Counted from the first letter of the stretch, positions 1-10,456 are shown. The stretch is 64,000 bases of DNA from Terriglobia bacterium (GCA_965198225.1 CBDAOY010000007.1:320001-384000), one strand, 5' to 3'. The notes: generated by a model not told the origin, from the letters alone. Numbers and translations are program-made.

Positions 1-215
1 GAGCTCCGCGAGCTGGGCGCCGCCTAGGGCTGACACCGTCAATATCGCCGCGATTAGATTGATTCTCATTTTCATCTCATCCTCTTCCCCTGCGACGGCG
101 CGATTATAGCGCAAGTGGCCCGGAGCGCCCGGGCTCAACCCTGATTTCATTGACTCGCAAGGTTCCTGGTTGATACTTAGAAAGGCTGGGCAACACGCCT
201 GCCGCTGAAAGGAGG

Positions 216-689
216 TTGGACGTGCGTGGGATTTGGAAAATGACCCTCTGTTGCACGCTCCTGCTTTCGCTATCGGCGTGCATCGATCCAGAGGTGGAAC
301 GGAGAATTCGGAATATACGCATCGCGACACGGATTCAGAACGTCACGGTTAGAGGCACCGTCGTTTCGGAAACCGAGCAACCTCTGCCGCGTGTCACCGT
401 CACTGCAATCAACCTCTTTACCCGTTTGAAGACATCCGCTACGAGCGGGGAGCACGGATACTATTCCATCAGCGGGCTCCGTTCCGGGGAATACTACATC
501 CATGCCGAGTTGGAGAACTACGGGAGCACCTGCGTCACGGTCGACCATTCCTGGGACCCGCCGGTTCTGGGGGATTCCGGGCGAGGCATTCTTCTCGACC
601 GCAACCGCACGGTGAAGATCAAACTGAAGCTTCGAGACTGGTCGGGAGCCATTACCTGCGAGCTCGACAACGGGGACGCCCGTAGGTGA
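216..689 (+). CDS. Carboxypeptidase-regulatory-like domain lipoprotein
   Basis: GGAGG RBS before the TTG start; lipobox-like LSAC; 'VRGTVVSETEQPLPRVTVTA...GYYSISGLRSGEYYIHAELENY' fits the transthyretin-like CarboxypepD_reg fold. Confidence 0.65.
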   Translation: MDVRGIWKMTLCCTLLLSLSACIDPEVERRIRNIRIATRIQNVTVRGTVVSETEQPLPRVTVTAINLFTRLKTSATSGEHGYYSISGLRSGEYYIHAELENYGSTCVTVDHSWDPPVLGDSGRGILLDRNRTVKIKLKLRDWSGAITCELDNGDARR

Positions 690-798
690 AGGTGTTCAGT
701 CCTGCCTTAAGCCTGGCTGAGCTGACCATTGTGCGCGGACGCCGCTGACGCCCGGGCCGTCTGGCATTGACAGCGACAACCGCAGTGGAGGAAAAACT

Positions 799-1335
799 AT
801 GGGCTTGCGGCGCTACACTGTATCCACGCGCTCAAACCGGGCGCCTGCTCTCCTGATCACCCTGCTGGCACTGCTCTCCACACCGCGTGCTTCGGCGCAA
901 GAAGTCCGACTGATCGATCAATTCATCGGGACGTGGGAAGGGCAGGGGAAACTGTTTGGAGCTGACGCAGCGTTCAGCATGGAGTGGGACTGGGTACTCG
1001 AGCAACAATTCGTGCGTTTGATCTTCCAGAACAAGATGAAAACTCCCGCTGGCGAGGAACGCATTCTCAGGGCGCGGGCTTTCTACCGACCAATAGGAGC
1101 AGGAAGGTTCGAAGGGACCTGGTTTGATTCTCGAGGCATGGTGCTACCGCTGCAAGGCACCGCCGGGGAGAACTCGTTGACCACTCTTTGGGGAACGCCC
1201 GAAACCGAGCAAGGTCGAACGGTGTACCGTTTGCTGGACGAGAGCCATCTCGAGGTGGAAGATTCTGTCTTGCAGGACGGCCAATGGCATCAGTTTGGTC
1301 ATGCGCTCTACGAGCGTCTGGCGAGAAGCCCCTAG
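799..1335 (+). CDS. Secreted beta-barrel hypothetical protein (DUF1579-like)
   Basis: GGAGG RBS; signal peptide ending ASA-Q; 'FIGTWEGQG...WFDSRG' motif. Confidence 0.55.
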   Translation: MGLRRYTVSTRSNRAPALLITLLALLSTPRASAQEVRLIDQFIGTWEGQGKLFGADAAFSMEWDWVLEQQFVRLIFQNKMKTPAGEERILRARAFYRPIGAGRFEGTWFDSRGMVLPLQGTAGENSLTTLWGTPETEQGRTVYRLLDESHLEVEDSVLQDGQWHQFGHALYERLARSP

Positions 1336-1426
1336 GAGGTTATGTCTTATGCGATCCATGACCATCCTTGTCCAAAACAGCCTTTCGAGGAGAGGGAGTT
1401 TTGGAGTGGCGGATCTCCTGAGGAGG

Positions 1427-1494
1427 TGTAGGTGCGGTCTATGACCGCACATTCTTCAAGCCGAAACGATGTGGGCTCATAGAGCGCACCTACA
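1427..1494. repeat. REP doublet (GTAG-type, REPIN-like), copy 1
   Basis: TGTAGGTGCGGTCTATGACCGCAC and an inverted copy GTGGGCTCATAGAGCGCACCTACA, lying between convergent genes; second copy at 35514-35696. Confidence 0.8.
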
Positions 1495-1495
1495 G

Positions 1496-3925
1496 TTAGC
1501 GGACCTCCGCGTCCATCTCTGACGTCGTGCTCACGGCCCGCATCTGGAAGGGCGGACTGCTGACGATACCCCTGATGAAAGACGAAAAACGATTGCCGTT
1601 GCCAGCCGCCGCCCGCTGAATCGAACGCACCGTCGGCATGTCCCGATTATCCACCACCCGCCCCAGGCTGTAGGACAGTAGATTCTCCGTCAAGCTTCTG
1701 ATGAATGCATCTGAGCGCTCCAGGATGGCATGGCGAAGACTCGCCGGGCCGTCCAGCTTCGTGCCGTCATACATCTCTCCGGTCGGGTCGATGACGAAAC
1801 CACCGTCGGTGCGGCGCCACTCGCCGACCGCGTCGAAGTTTTCCAGCGCCATCCCGATCGGGTCGATGACGCGGTGGCAGGCGTTGCACACGGGGTTCTC
1901 CCGGTGCTGTTCCATCCGCTCTCGGACCGAAAGCACTCTTTGGTTGTCGACCGCTTCGTCCAGAGCGGGCACGGCCGGCGGAGGAATCGGCGCGGGGGTG
2001 CCGACCAGGACCTCGATGACGTACTTGCCCCTTGAAACCGGCGATGTCCTGTTGGCGAGCGACGTCATCGTCAGGATGCCGGCCTTGCCGATGAGCCCGA
2101 ACCGGTTCGGATCCCTCAGCGTCACGCGCCTGAAACGCGGTCCCACGACATTCGGGATCCCGTAGTGACGGGCGAGGTTCCCGTCGACGAAGGTGTAGTC
2201 GGCCGTGAGCAGTTCCAGCACGTCCCGGTCCTCGCGCATGATGTGGTCGAAGAGGAGTTCCACCTCGCGACGCATGGATTCGGCAAGGTTCGACGTAAAG
2301 TTTGGAAACAGGCTCGCCTCGGGGAACACCTGCTTGAGTCCGGCCAGGCGCAGCCATTGGCCCGCAAAGTTCCGTGACAGCTGCCCGGACCGCGGATCCG
2401 CGAGCATCCGGGTGACCTGGCTCTCGAGAATTCCTAGCTCCCGAAGCCTGCCCTCACCGGCCAGTCGGACCAGTTCGTCGTCCGGGATCGAGCTCCAGAG
2501 GAAATAGGCGAGTCTTGACGCCAACTCCAGGTCGCTGATCCGGTACACCGTCCCGGGCGAGGCGGAGCCCGGTTCCTGCTCGAACCGGAAGATGAATTCC
2601 GGTTTCGCCAGGATCGCCTGTATCGCCGCCTGGATACCCGATTCGAAGCCTCTCTCGCTTGCGCCCTGCTCGTAGTACTCCAGGAGACTTTCCAGGTCTT
2701 CGGGTGTTACCGGTCTGCGGAAGGCTTTGCCGGCCAGCTCCGAAATGATCTGGATCGCACACGCTTCCTCTTCGTCCGCCTGTGCGGGCCGACACGTAAA
2801 TATCTTGCGGCGGCTTGCACTCTCCGAGATTCCGGTCGGATTGAAGGGGCCGGTCACCGCAAAGCTTTGCAGGTGCGGTAAGCCGGTCAGCTCGGGTGCC
2901 GTCGTGATGGTGATATCGGCCAGCGTCTGCTCGACGAGTCGATAGTGATCCTGCACCGGTCCGTCGAACTTCGAAACGAATGCAGCGGCAAGACGGCGCT
3001 GTCCGCCGGCGATCTTGACGCGTTCGGTGACGTAGTTCGCCTGTTCTTCCTTTACCGTCGGGTCGACCTCGATGACGGCGACTCGCTCCCCGTCGACCGA
3101 GATCTCGACCTGCTGGCCCTGCAGCTCCTCGGGCAGCTGCCAACCCATGAGTTCGCCCGGGTAGTCGTAGTAGAAGACCACCTTGAAGGAGTACTCGCCG
3201 TCGGCGGGGAACGTGTGCATGACAGAGGTGCCGCCGCGTGTCCCGAACGGAGTTCCGGGGACGTGACGCATCTGGTTCGCCAGCCTCGAGATCTTGTACA
3301 GCGTCATCCCGGCGCTCGCTTCGGGGTCGCCGACCGCATCCCGGCTGATCTTCTCGGCCGCCCGGACGTAGGCGCCCATCAACGCCGGAGAGACCGTCAG
3401 GGCCTCCGACATGTTGTCGAATCCATTCGTCGTGGGATCCGGCGGCAGCAGCTCGGTAACGTCCATGTCCATGTCCAGCAGCTCTCGCACCGAGTTCCGG
3501 TACTCCGTCCGATTCACGCGATGCAGTTCCGGGGCGCTGACATGAGGCTCACCCGCCGCCGCGGCCTCATCGATCCGCGCCTCAAGTGCAGATGCGAACG
3601 CATTCAAAGTGACGGTGTCGGGCCTTGGCAGACCGACCGGCGGCATCATGCCGGAACGAACCTTGCGGATGAGCCGTTCCGCTTGCGCGGCGTTCTGTTC
3701 GGGATGGGCCAGGTCCAATTCCGAAAAAGAAAATCCGCCCTCGAGAAGAGCGTCGTTGTGGCAGGTCGTGCAGTAGTCGCCCACCACTTCACGCTGCGAT
3801 TCAAGGGTCATCGCACCGCCGGCCTGCTGGCCGGCGGCCATGGGCACGCCGAGGTCAGCGGGCCCGATAGGTACGATCGTGCCTATGAGTATCAGGAGAC
3901 TGTAAATTGGGCGGGGCTTCATCAA
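1496..3925 (-). CDS. DUF1592/DUF1588 (PSD/PSCyt) c-type cytochrome domain protein
   Basis: CxxCH at both ends (CTTCH, CNACH); 'LHRVNRTEYRNSVRELL', 'ELASRLAYFLWSSIPDDEL', 'RTSPVSRGKYV' motifs. Confidence 0.85.
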   Translation of the reverse strand: MMKPRPIYSLLILIGTIVPIGPADLGVPMAAGQQAGGAMTLESQREVVGDYCTTCHNDALLEGGFSFSELDLAHPEQNAAQAERLIRKVRSGMMPPVGLPRPDTVTLNAFASALEARIDEAAAAGEPHVSAPELHRVNRTEYRNSVRELLDMDMDVTELLPPDPTTNGFDNMSEALTVSPALMGAYVRAAEKISRDAVGDPEASAGMTLYKISRLANQMRHVPGTPFGTRGGTSVMHTFPADGEYSFKVVFYYDYPGELMGWQLPEELQGQQVEISVDGERVAVIEVDPTVKEEQANYVTERVKIAGGQRRLAAAFVSKFDGPVQDHYRLVEQTLADITITTAPELTGLPHLQSFAVTGPFNPTGISESASRRKIFTCRPAQADEEEACAIQIISELAGKAFRRPVTPEDLESLLEYYEQGASERGFESGIQAAIQAILAKPEFIFRFEQEPGSASPGTVYRISDLELASRLAYFLWSSIPDDELVRLAGEGRLRELGILESQVTRMLADPRSGQLSRNFAGQWLRLAGLKQVFPEASLFPNFTSNLAESMRREVELLFDHIMREDRDVLELLTADYTFVDGNLARHYGIPNVVGPRFRRVTLRDPNRFGLIGKAGILTMTSLANRTSPVSRGKYVIEVLVGTPAPIPPPAVPALDEAVDNQRVLSVRERMEQHRENPVCNACHRVIDPIGMALENFDAVGEWRRTDGGFVIDPTGEMYDGTKLDGPASLRHAILERSDAFIRSLTENLLSYSLGRVVDNRDMPTVRSIQRAAAGNGNRFSSFIRGIVSSPPFQMRAVSTTSEMDAEVR

Positions 3926-4145
3926 CCATCCTCCACATCATCGAAGAATAAACGAATAAGTATTACGAAAGTTTGCGGGCTGAAGCCAGCATCGCTACTG
4001 GCACTATAGTCGGTCCGCCGGTGGAAGGTCAATCCATCATATCCTTTTGATTGAATGATTTACATTGCCACGCACCAAGGAATTCCGGGGACGGCGGCCG
4101 CGTCATTCACACATCTCGCTCCACAACCTGACTGCTCACCGTCCG

Positions 4146-5465
4146 TCAGGGAAGGGGGCCTCCGGTTCCATAGCCGATCCACTCCGACCGCGGCGCGACG
4201 TACCCCTCGGCGGTTACGGTCCGATGATAGGCGAGCCGGCCATTGCTCATGACGAACATGGGATCCGAGAGGACGTGGATCTCTTCCAGTGGATTTCGGT
4301 CGTAGGCGACGAAGTCCGCCTCGAGCCCGACTTCGATGGCTCCCGTCTCTTCGCTGAGGCCGTAGACGGATGCCGAAACGATGGTGGCCGATTGGATCGC
4401 CTCCAACGGGGACATGCCCGCATATTCGACGAAGTTAATGATCTCTCCCGACACCCGTACGCTGCTCTCCGGACCGTACTGAGTGTCGGTAGACGGGATC
4501 AGCCCGACTCCCAGTTCGTGCGCGACGCGAAGCATTCTCTGCATGTTGTGCAGCACCCAGGGAGCGCGCATTCGCGAAGCCGAGCTGTTGTAGTCGTCGT
4601 GGGGAAACATGTAGCCCTCGACCGACGTGAACGTGGGGCTCCAGACGGTGCCGTGTTCCTCCATGAGCCGGAGGTTCGCCTCGGTTATGTAGAAGCCGTG
4701 CTCGATCGTACGACATCCACCGCGAATCGCGTTGTTGATGACCCGCTCGCCGTGTGCGTGGCAGGCCACCGGAATTCCGTGAGAAGACGCTTCATCCACC
4801 AGAGCTGTTATCTCCTCCAGCGTGTACACCTCCGTCTTGGGATCCCACCCGCCTGGCGAGGACGCCGTTCCCCCGGTCCGCGTCTTGATCCAGTCCACAC
4901 CCAGCTCGGCGTTGACGCGGACGACCTCTCGAATGGCGTCTTCGCCCTTCACGATGACGTTGACGTACTTGAAAAGGCGGGGATCCGAGAGTGCGGAGGC
5001 GCCCGGAAAACGGTTCACGTATACACCGGCTGCCAGGATCTCCGGCCCGGCGAGGTAACCGGCTTCCACCGCATCGCGCATCGCGGAGTCGATCCGTCCA
5101 TCCACGCCGGCGCTTTTCATAGTCGTGACACCGGACTCCAGCGCCCGCCGCATGTTGTCCAGCGTTTGACCGTGCCAGTGCCCGTCCATGAAGCCTGGAA
5201 GGAGAAACTTGCCTTCCATGTCGATGACCCGAGCCTCACCAGGCTGCGGCCCTGCGCCCAGCGATTCGATCTGTCCGTCGCGGACCACAACGACTGCATC
5301 GCGGAGAATGTCGCCCGTGCGCACGTCGATCACGTGTGTGTTGGTGAGCGCCCAGTAGGGCTGAGGGATGATGCCATCCGGGCCCGGGTCCTGCGCTCCA
5401 ACGGGGATGGAGACGAAGATGATCGTTGCTAACAGACCAAAGACGACTCGGTTGTACTGAAACAT
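4146..5465 (-). CDS. Secreted amidohydrolase (Xaa-Pro dipeptidase-like)
   Basis: PGFMDGHWH, DWIKT, HAHG, TIEHG, STD metal ligands; signal peptide; AGGAG RBS before the ATG at 5465. Confidence 0.85.
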   Translation of the reverse strand: MFQYNRVVFGLLATIIFVSIPVGAQDPGPDGIIPQPYWALTNTHVIDVRTGDILRDAVVVVRDGQIESLGAGPQPGEARVIDMEGKFLLPGFMDGHWHGQTLDNMRRALESGVTTMKSAGVDGRIDSAMRDAVEAGYLAGPEILAAGVYVNRFPGASALSDPRLFKYVNVIVKGEDAIREVVRVNAELGVDWIKTRTGGTASSPGGWDPKTEVYTLEEITALVDEASSHGIPVACHAHGERVINNAIRGGCRTIEHGFYITEANLRLMEEHGTVWSPTFTSVEGYMFPHDDYNSSASRMRAPWVLHNMQRMLRVAHELGVGLIPSTDTQYGPESSVRVSGEIINFVEYAGMSPLEAIQSATIVSASVYGLSEETGAIEVGLEADFVAYDRNPLEEIHVLSDPMFVMSNGRLAYHRTVTAEGYVAPRSEWIGYGTGGPLP

Positions 5466-5566
5466 CGTTTTCTCCTTTGGACCGGTGAGATCAGGCAATC
5501 AGAGGAATTGTCAAAGAGTTCACCGTCCTTATGCGTTGGGACGAATCCGGATCGTGGCGCACACTG

Positions 5567-6697
5567 TTACGGTCCCGAGGGCGCGATCGAATTCGCGGAA
5601 TGGAGGCGATTCATCACGACAGCGAAGAGGGCTCGGGTTCGATGATTCTGGTCGGGGTGATCCAGGAAATGATCCACTCCCGGCTCCAGCAACACGAGCG
5701 CGTTGGGGATGAGTTCGTCTGCTAAAAGAGTCAGACCGTCGCCGGGACCAGCGTCCCTCGTTGCCCGGTACAGGAATCGGCCTCGGTCGGAAACGTCGCC
5801 CGACAGGGGAACAGGAACGTAGCTGACGTACAAGATGTGATCCGGGAGCCGCATGCTGTCAAAGCGTGTACGCTGCCGCGCCGACTGCATGCTCAGGAGT
5901 CCGTCCATATCAAAACCGTCCAGGGCAAGCGTAACCCGCGCGATCGAGCAGAAGAGGGAGCCCACCGCCCAGTCTGCAACCGGCGAGCCACGTAAGACAC
6001 CTGCGATGCTCAGCCACGCCAGGACATGGGAAGATTCTTCAGAGGGCAGGATCCCAAGAGCCTGGGCCACTTCAGCGCTCGACTTGCTTGCGCTGACCAG
6101 AATGACTTGACGATGTCGCTTCGCGGCTGCTCGTATTTCCCTCGCAACGATCTCGGCGTTCTTTTCTACGGTCCCGTTTTCATCGGTTTCGACGAGCCGC
6201 GTGTCCACCCCCTCCGCCTCGAACAAACGACGTGGTTCCAGAAAATCACTCCCAGTTTCGGACCCGTTTTCGACGTAGAACCAGCCCGGCACAAAGAGCA
6301 CCAGGAGAGATGGTGGAGCCGAAGGCAGTGACAAGTGGCCGCGAGCTGCAGATCGCGCCGCCGCCGCATATTGCTCCTGAAAAAGTCGGTTCCGTTCCTG
6401 GGCTGCAACCGTTTCCATAAAGAGAAGCGCCGCGACGTCGGAAGAATAGCTGCGCCCGATTCCAGCGAGTTCTTCACGCGTGGGAACGGTTCCTTCCTGC
6501 AGGTGGATCTGTCGTTCGACAGCAAGTTGGTCCGGCAGCGCGGTGCCCGCGAGATACGCATGGGCGATATCGTGATCTACAGTCGTGTCGATCACGTGGC
6601 CGGCGATCCTGCCCTGCGCCCTCAGAGTGTCTCGCTGGCGGGCTCCCGCGAAAAGGAGCATTCCACTGAGACCAAGAAGCAGGATCCACCGCGTCAT
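5567..6697 (-). CDS. Secreted alpha/beta-hydrolase-fold protein (lipase-like)
   Basis: 'VLFVPGW' oxyanion strand, 'LVSASKS' elbow, GDG and C-terminal DH; ATGA overlap with the TetR gene. Confidence 0.6.
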   Translation of the reverse strand: MTRWILLLGLSGMLLFAGARQRDTLRAQGRIAGHVIDTTVDHDIAHAYLAGTALPDQLAVERQIHLQEGTVPTREELAGIGRSYSSDVAALLFMETVAAQERNRLFQEQYAAAARSAARGHLSLPSAPPSLLVLFVPGWFYVENGSETGSDFLEPRRLFEAEGVDTRLVETDENGTVEKNAEIVAREIRAAAKRHRQVILVSASKSSAEVAQALGILPSEESSHVLAWLSIAGVLRGSPVADWAVGSLFCSIARVTLALDGFDMDGLLSMQSARQRTRFDSMRLPDHILYVSYVPVPLSGDVSDRGRFLYRATRDAGPGDGLTLLADELIPNALVLLEPGVDHFLDHPDQNHRTRALFAVVMNRLHSANSIAPSGP

Positions 6698-7395
6698 GAC
6701 ACGCCTCCTGGAAGAAAACCGCGAAGAACCAGGTCGATCACCACTGGCTCAACCTGTTCTTCCTCGAGTTCCTGGGGAGAGGGATCCCAGTGTCGATGGA
6801 GTGCCCAGAAAACAATTGTTTCGAGAATCAGCCTCGCGGCGAGCGCAAGGTCAGGTAGCGGACGCAACCGACCCTCAGCGATTTCCTGCTGGAGATACCG
6901 TATCAGGAGCGCGTGTTGACCCCAGCGCCCGATTCCGAACCAGATCTCGGCGAGTTCGGGGCGATCCACCGCGCATCGATCGATCAATTTGATCCTGCGG
7001 CGATTCCTGTGGATGCGTTGATAGAGATCGTGGCAAACCCTCCCGAGATCCACGGTAGAAGAATCCCCACCGTCGGAAACGGCTTGGGCCAGCAGGAGCT
7101 GTGTGGATTCTTGAGTGATTCGTTCCGTGAGGTAGCGGGCAGTTGCCCGACGTTCCGGCGTCGCCAGGGGCAGCTCAGAAAGCCCCGGCAACGGTTCCAG
7201 CAAATCGCAGTATCGCAGGGCTGCGTCGAACAGTGCTTCCTTGCTTTGAACGTAACCGTAGATCGTCCCTTTTGCGACGCCGAGGCGTTTCGCGACGTGC
7301 TCCATCTGAGTTCCTCGATAGCCTTGCGCAATAAACACTTCGGTTGCGGCCGAGATCAGATTCCGAAACCGGTCTGCGGGGATCTTGCGGGCCAT
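6694..7395 (-). CDS. TetR/AcrR family regulator
   Basis: N-terminal HTH 'AATEVFIAQGYRGTQMEHVAKRLGVAKGTIYGYVQSKEALF'. Confidence 0.92.
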   Translation of the reverse strand: MARKIPADRFRNLISAATEVFIAQGYRGTQMEHVAKRLGVAKGTIYGYVQSKEALFDAALRYCDLLEPLPGLSELPLATPERRATARYLTERITQESTQLLLAQAVSDGGDSSTVDLGRVCHDLYQRIHRNRRRIKLIDRCAVDRPELAEIWFGIGRWGQHALLIRYLQQEIAEGRLRPLPDLALAARLILETIVFWALHRHWDPSPQELEEEQVEPVVIDLVLRGFLPGGVS

Positions 7396-7410
7396 GATGT
7401 AAGAATATAA

Positions 7411-7433
7411 TAACTGACTAAGTCGGTCAATTA
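7411..7433. promoter_or_regulatory. Putative TetR autoregulatory operator
   Basis: TAACTGAC-N7-GTCAATTA inverted repeat (7/8 match) about 15 bp upstream of the TetR ATG. Confidence 0.6.
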
Positions 7434-7494
7434 ATTTAGCGACATGGTTTGCATTGCGAATCAAACCCCGATTGAGGGCAGGCGAGCGCCCGGA

Positions 7495-10383
7495 CTACCG
7501 ATCCGCAGGAACGCGGCGGCGCAGCTCGTCGAAGAAGTTCGTGATGACCCTCAGCGTCGGGTTGGGCTCGAAGCGCTGAGGACTGTAGAGCGTAAGGAAC
7601 TGCTCGCCATCGGGTGAGAGGTCGACATGGTAACCCGGGGTCCTGAAGAAGGGGCCCTCGAACAGGTATCGCGGCCTGTCCGCCTCGAAGTCGGGCGTCA
7701 TGCGATAGTCGACGGCGAAAAACCGGCTTCCTTGCCTATAGAAAAGGAGGGGTTCGGTTGGGTGCCAGAGAGCCTCAGCGCCACCATCGGTCGAAACCTG
7801 GATGCTCCGCCCTGGGACCGGAAACGATGTCACATGGACTTCGTACCGTCCCGACTCGTCTGAGAAGTACGCGATCCAGCGCCCGTCGGGAGAGATACGG
7901 GCCCAGGCTTCAGAATAGCGAGTCTGAAGCAGGACTTCCGGTTTTGGTGGTTTGGTCACATACGGATCAATGCCGTCGAGCCGAAGGTGCCAGAGGTCGA
8001 AACCTGTCCCCGGAGAGTTCGAAAAGAACGTCAGAACCGATCCATCGCTCGAGAAGGAGTCGGGCACCATGTGCCTGGGCGCATCCTCTGTGGTCAGTTG
8101 CACCGCCTCTCGGCTTCCATCAGCGGGTTTCCAAAAGAGGTGGTTTCTCGGGTTCTCATCCTCTGGCGATGAGAACACACGCGAGTTGTAGACGATGTGT
8201 TTTCCGTCGGGCGTCCATCGAGGAGTGCCACTGTGCGCCCGTAGGCTGTCCCGGAGACCGTGAGTAAACCGCGTTGATTGCCCTCGGGCGATGTTCCAGA
8301 GCCAGATGTCGGCACCGCTCCCCTCACGGATGGTAACCGCGACCTGCGCGCCGTTCGGCGAGAGAGCAAAGCCGCCGAAGAATCCCGGTTCCAAGCCCAG
8401 CGGCTCGAACTTCCCCTGGTGGTCCGCCCAAACCAGCGACGCAAACTCCTGGTCCGGCCCCGGCGCGTAGACCAACAGGCCGTCTTCGGAAAGAGCGAAC
8501 GGCGCCCCCCAAAATTCTCCGTTTGTCCGCAGGTCTTCCAGCAGCGTGACAGGTTGGCTGGTGACCTCCAGTTCATCGAGGTCGAAGGCCACAGCCAGGA
8601 GCTTTCCACGCTCCGCATAGACGAGGTGGCCCGTCGGGACGTAGCGGGCGTAATAGGCAGGAGCGAGGAGCTTTCGGACTTGGCCGTCTGTCAGGGATAG
8701 GGAATGGATGCCCGTCCCGAAGCCACGTGCCGCCCCGTATCCTGTGAAGAGAAGAGCCTCCCGGCCGGGAAGGATGTCTGGCCACCAATCCATAGCCTGC
8801 GTGACTCTTTGCGCCTGCCCTTCGATGGCGGGCACTCTTGATAGCCCCTCCCCCTCCTGGGTGTTGAAGTAGATGGTATCGTCCGGCGCCCAAGCTCCTC
8901 CCACACCAACCGATGCATCGGCCAACACGACCGGCTCGCCGCCAGCGAGCAAAACCTTCCTGAGCTTCCCGCCTGCAAAGAAACCCAGCGACTCGCCATT
9001 GGGCGAAAAGAACGGTCTTACGCCGCCGCTCGTTCCCGGGATGGCCTGCGCCTCTCCCGTGTCCATGTCCCGGAGATACAGTTGTGTCCCGCCACCGACC
9101 TGAGCTCGGTAGACCAGCCGCCTGCCATCAGGGGACAGAGCCAGTCGCCCGCTAGGAGCCATTGGGGCTTCCGCAGGAAGCACGAGATCGAGCCTCGCGG
9201 GCGACTGTGGTTGGGGTTGGTCGCGGGTCCACAGCAACACGACGACCGCGATCAGAAGCACAGCCGCGACTGACCACGGTAGGAGCCACTTCCGCGCACT
9301 TGCGGTCGCAACTATCGCCGGCTTCTCCTCGGACTCACCGGAGAGCAGTTCCTCGATCTCCACGCGGGCGTCGCCGATCGCCTGCAGACGTCGCCGCGCG
9401 TCTTTTTCCAGACACCGTCTGAGGAGCCTGCGAATGGCTTCCGGCATGTCCCGGGGAAGTCGATTCCAGTCCGACTCCCCGCGAAGAACCGCAGCCAGTG
9501 TGTCCTGTACACTCGTACTGGCAAACGCTGCGCTGCCGGCGAGCATCTCGTAGAGCACACAACCGAATGCCCAGGTGTCGGTCCGTTTGTCCAACCGATC
9601 CCCCCGGACCTGTTCCGGACTCATATACCCCACCGTTCCCATCATCTGTCCTTCCACGGTGGGGATCTCACTGATCGTTGGCAATTTGGAAAGATCCACG
9701 TTTGGCCCTGCATCCCGCAGGGCTTTCGCCAAACCAAAGTCCAGCACCTTCACTTTGCCATCGGGTGTGACCTTGATGTTCGCTGGCTTCAGGTCCCGAT
9801 GGATGATTCCCTTTTCATGGGCGGCTTCTAAACCCTCGGCCACCTGGAGGGCGATATTGAGTGCGGACTCCACGGGGAGGGGGCCGGCAGCCAGGAACTC
9901 GGCCAGGGTGTCGCCCTCAACGAGTTCGAGAACCAAAAAGCGTGTCCCTTCGGACTCCTCGAGTCCATAGATAGCGGCAATGTTGGGATGGTTCAGCGAC
10001 GCCAGGAGCCTGGCTTCACGCTCGAACCAGACCAGCCGTTCTTCGTCTTTGGCGAATTCCTCGGGGAGGGTCTTGATCGTAACCTCGCGTCCGAGCTTGG
10101 AGTCCCGCGCACGCCACACCTCACCCATGCCTCCCCTGCCCAGCGGCGAGAGGACTCTGTAGGAACCCAGAGATCTCCCGACCAGCAGTTGGGTCCCGCC
10201 GATAGCCGGCTCCTCGATGAAGCTCCCGGCGTTTTCTGCGTGCTCAAGCAGCGATTCGACCTCCCGACGCAGCGCCTCGTCTCCCCCGCACCCTTCGTCT
10301 AGGTAAGCGTCGCGCTCGTCGGGCTCCCGCTCCAGCGCTTGGCGGAACAGCGTTTCGACCTGCTTCCGGCGTTCGTCAGTCAT
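7495..10383 (-). CDS. Membrane Ser/Thr kinase with C-terminal TolB-like (PD40) beta-propellers (kinase C)
   Basis: GRGGMG, IK, HRDLKPAN, DFG, YMSPE; one TM helix; repeated 'SPDG' blades; N-terminal 'RRKQVETLFRQALE...CGGDEALRREVESLL' extension typical of ECF-coupled kinases. Confidence 0.95.
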   Translation of the reverse strand: MTDERRKQVETLFRQALEREPDERDAYLDEGCGGDEALRREVESLLEHAENAGSFIEEPAIGGTQLLVGRSLGSYRVLSPLGRGGMGEVWRARDSKLGREVTIKTLPEEFAKDEERLVWFEREARLLASLNHPNIAAIYGLEESEGTRFLVLELVEGDTLAEFLAAGPLPVESALNIALQVAEGLEAAHEKGIIHRDLKPANIKVTPDGKVKVLDFGLAKALRDAGPNVDLSKLPTISEIPTVEGQMMGTVGYMSPEQVRGDRLDKRTDTWAFGCVLYEMLAGSAAFASTSVQDTLAAVLRGESDWNRLPRDMPEAIRRLLRRCLEKDARRRLQAIGDARVEIEELLSGESEEKPAIVATASARKWLLPWSVAAVLLIAVVVLLWTRDQPQPQSPARLDLVLPAEAPMAPSGRLALSPDGRRLVYRAQVGGGTQLYLRDMDTGEAQAIPGTSGGVRPFFSPNGESLGFFAGGKLRKVLLAGGEPVVLADASVGVGGAWAPDDTIYFNTQEGEGLSRVPAIEGQAQRVTQAMDWWPDILPGREALLFTGYGAARGFGTGIHSLSLTDGQVRKLLAPAYYARYVPTGHLVYAERGKLLAVAFDLDELEVTSQPVTLLEDLRTNGEFWGAPFALSEDGLLVYAPGPDQEFASLVWADHQGKFEPLGLEPGFFGGFALSPNGAQVAVTIREGSGADIWLWNIARGQSTRFTHGLRDSLRAHSGTPRWTPDGKHIVYNSRVFSSPEDENPRNHLFWKPADGSREAVQLTTEDAPRHMVPDSFSSDGSVLTFFSNSPGTGFDLWHLRLDGIDPYVTKPPKPEVLLQTRYSEAWARISPDGRWIAYFSDESGRYEVHVTSFPVPGRSIQVSTDGGAEALWHPTEPLLFYRQGSRFFAVDYRMTPDFEADRPRYLFEGPFFRTPGYHVDLSPDGEQFLTLYSPQRFEPNPTLRVITNFFDELRRRVPADR

Positions 10384-10456
10384 GGCCTGAGGTGAGTGAA
10401 TGTTTTCATAAACTTATCACTTCCCGATCCGGCCTCGTAAAAAAAAGCACCCTGGC

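Noticed and set aside
1342-1431. 29-aa ORF MSYAIHDHPCPKQ... after GGAGG
   Set aside because: RBS spacing is too short, the stop comes from the REP, and there is no motif
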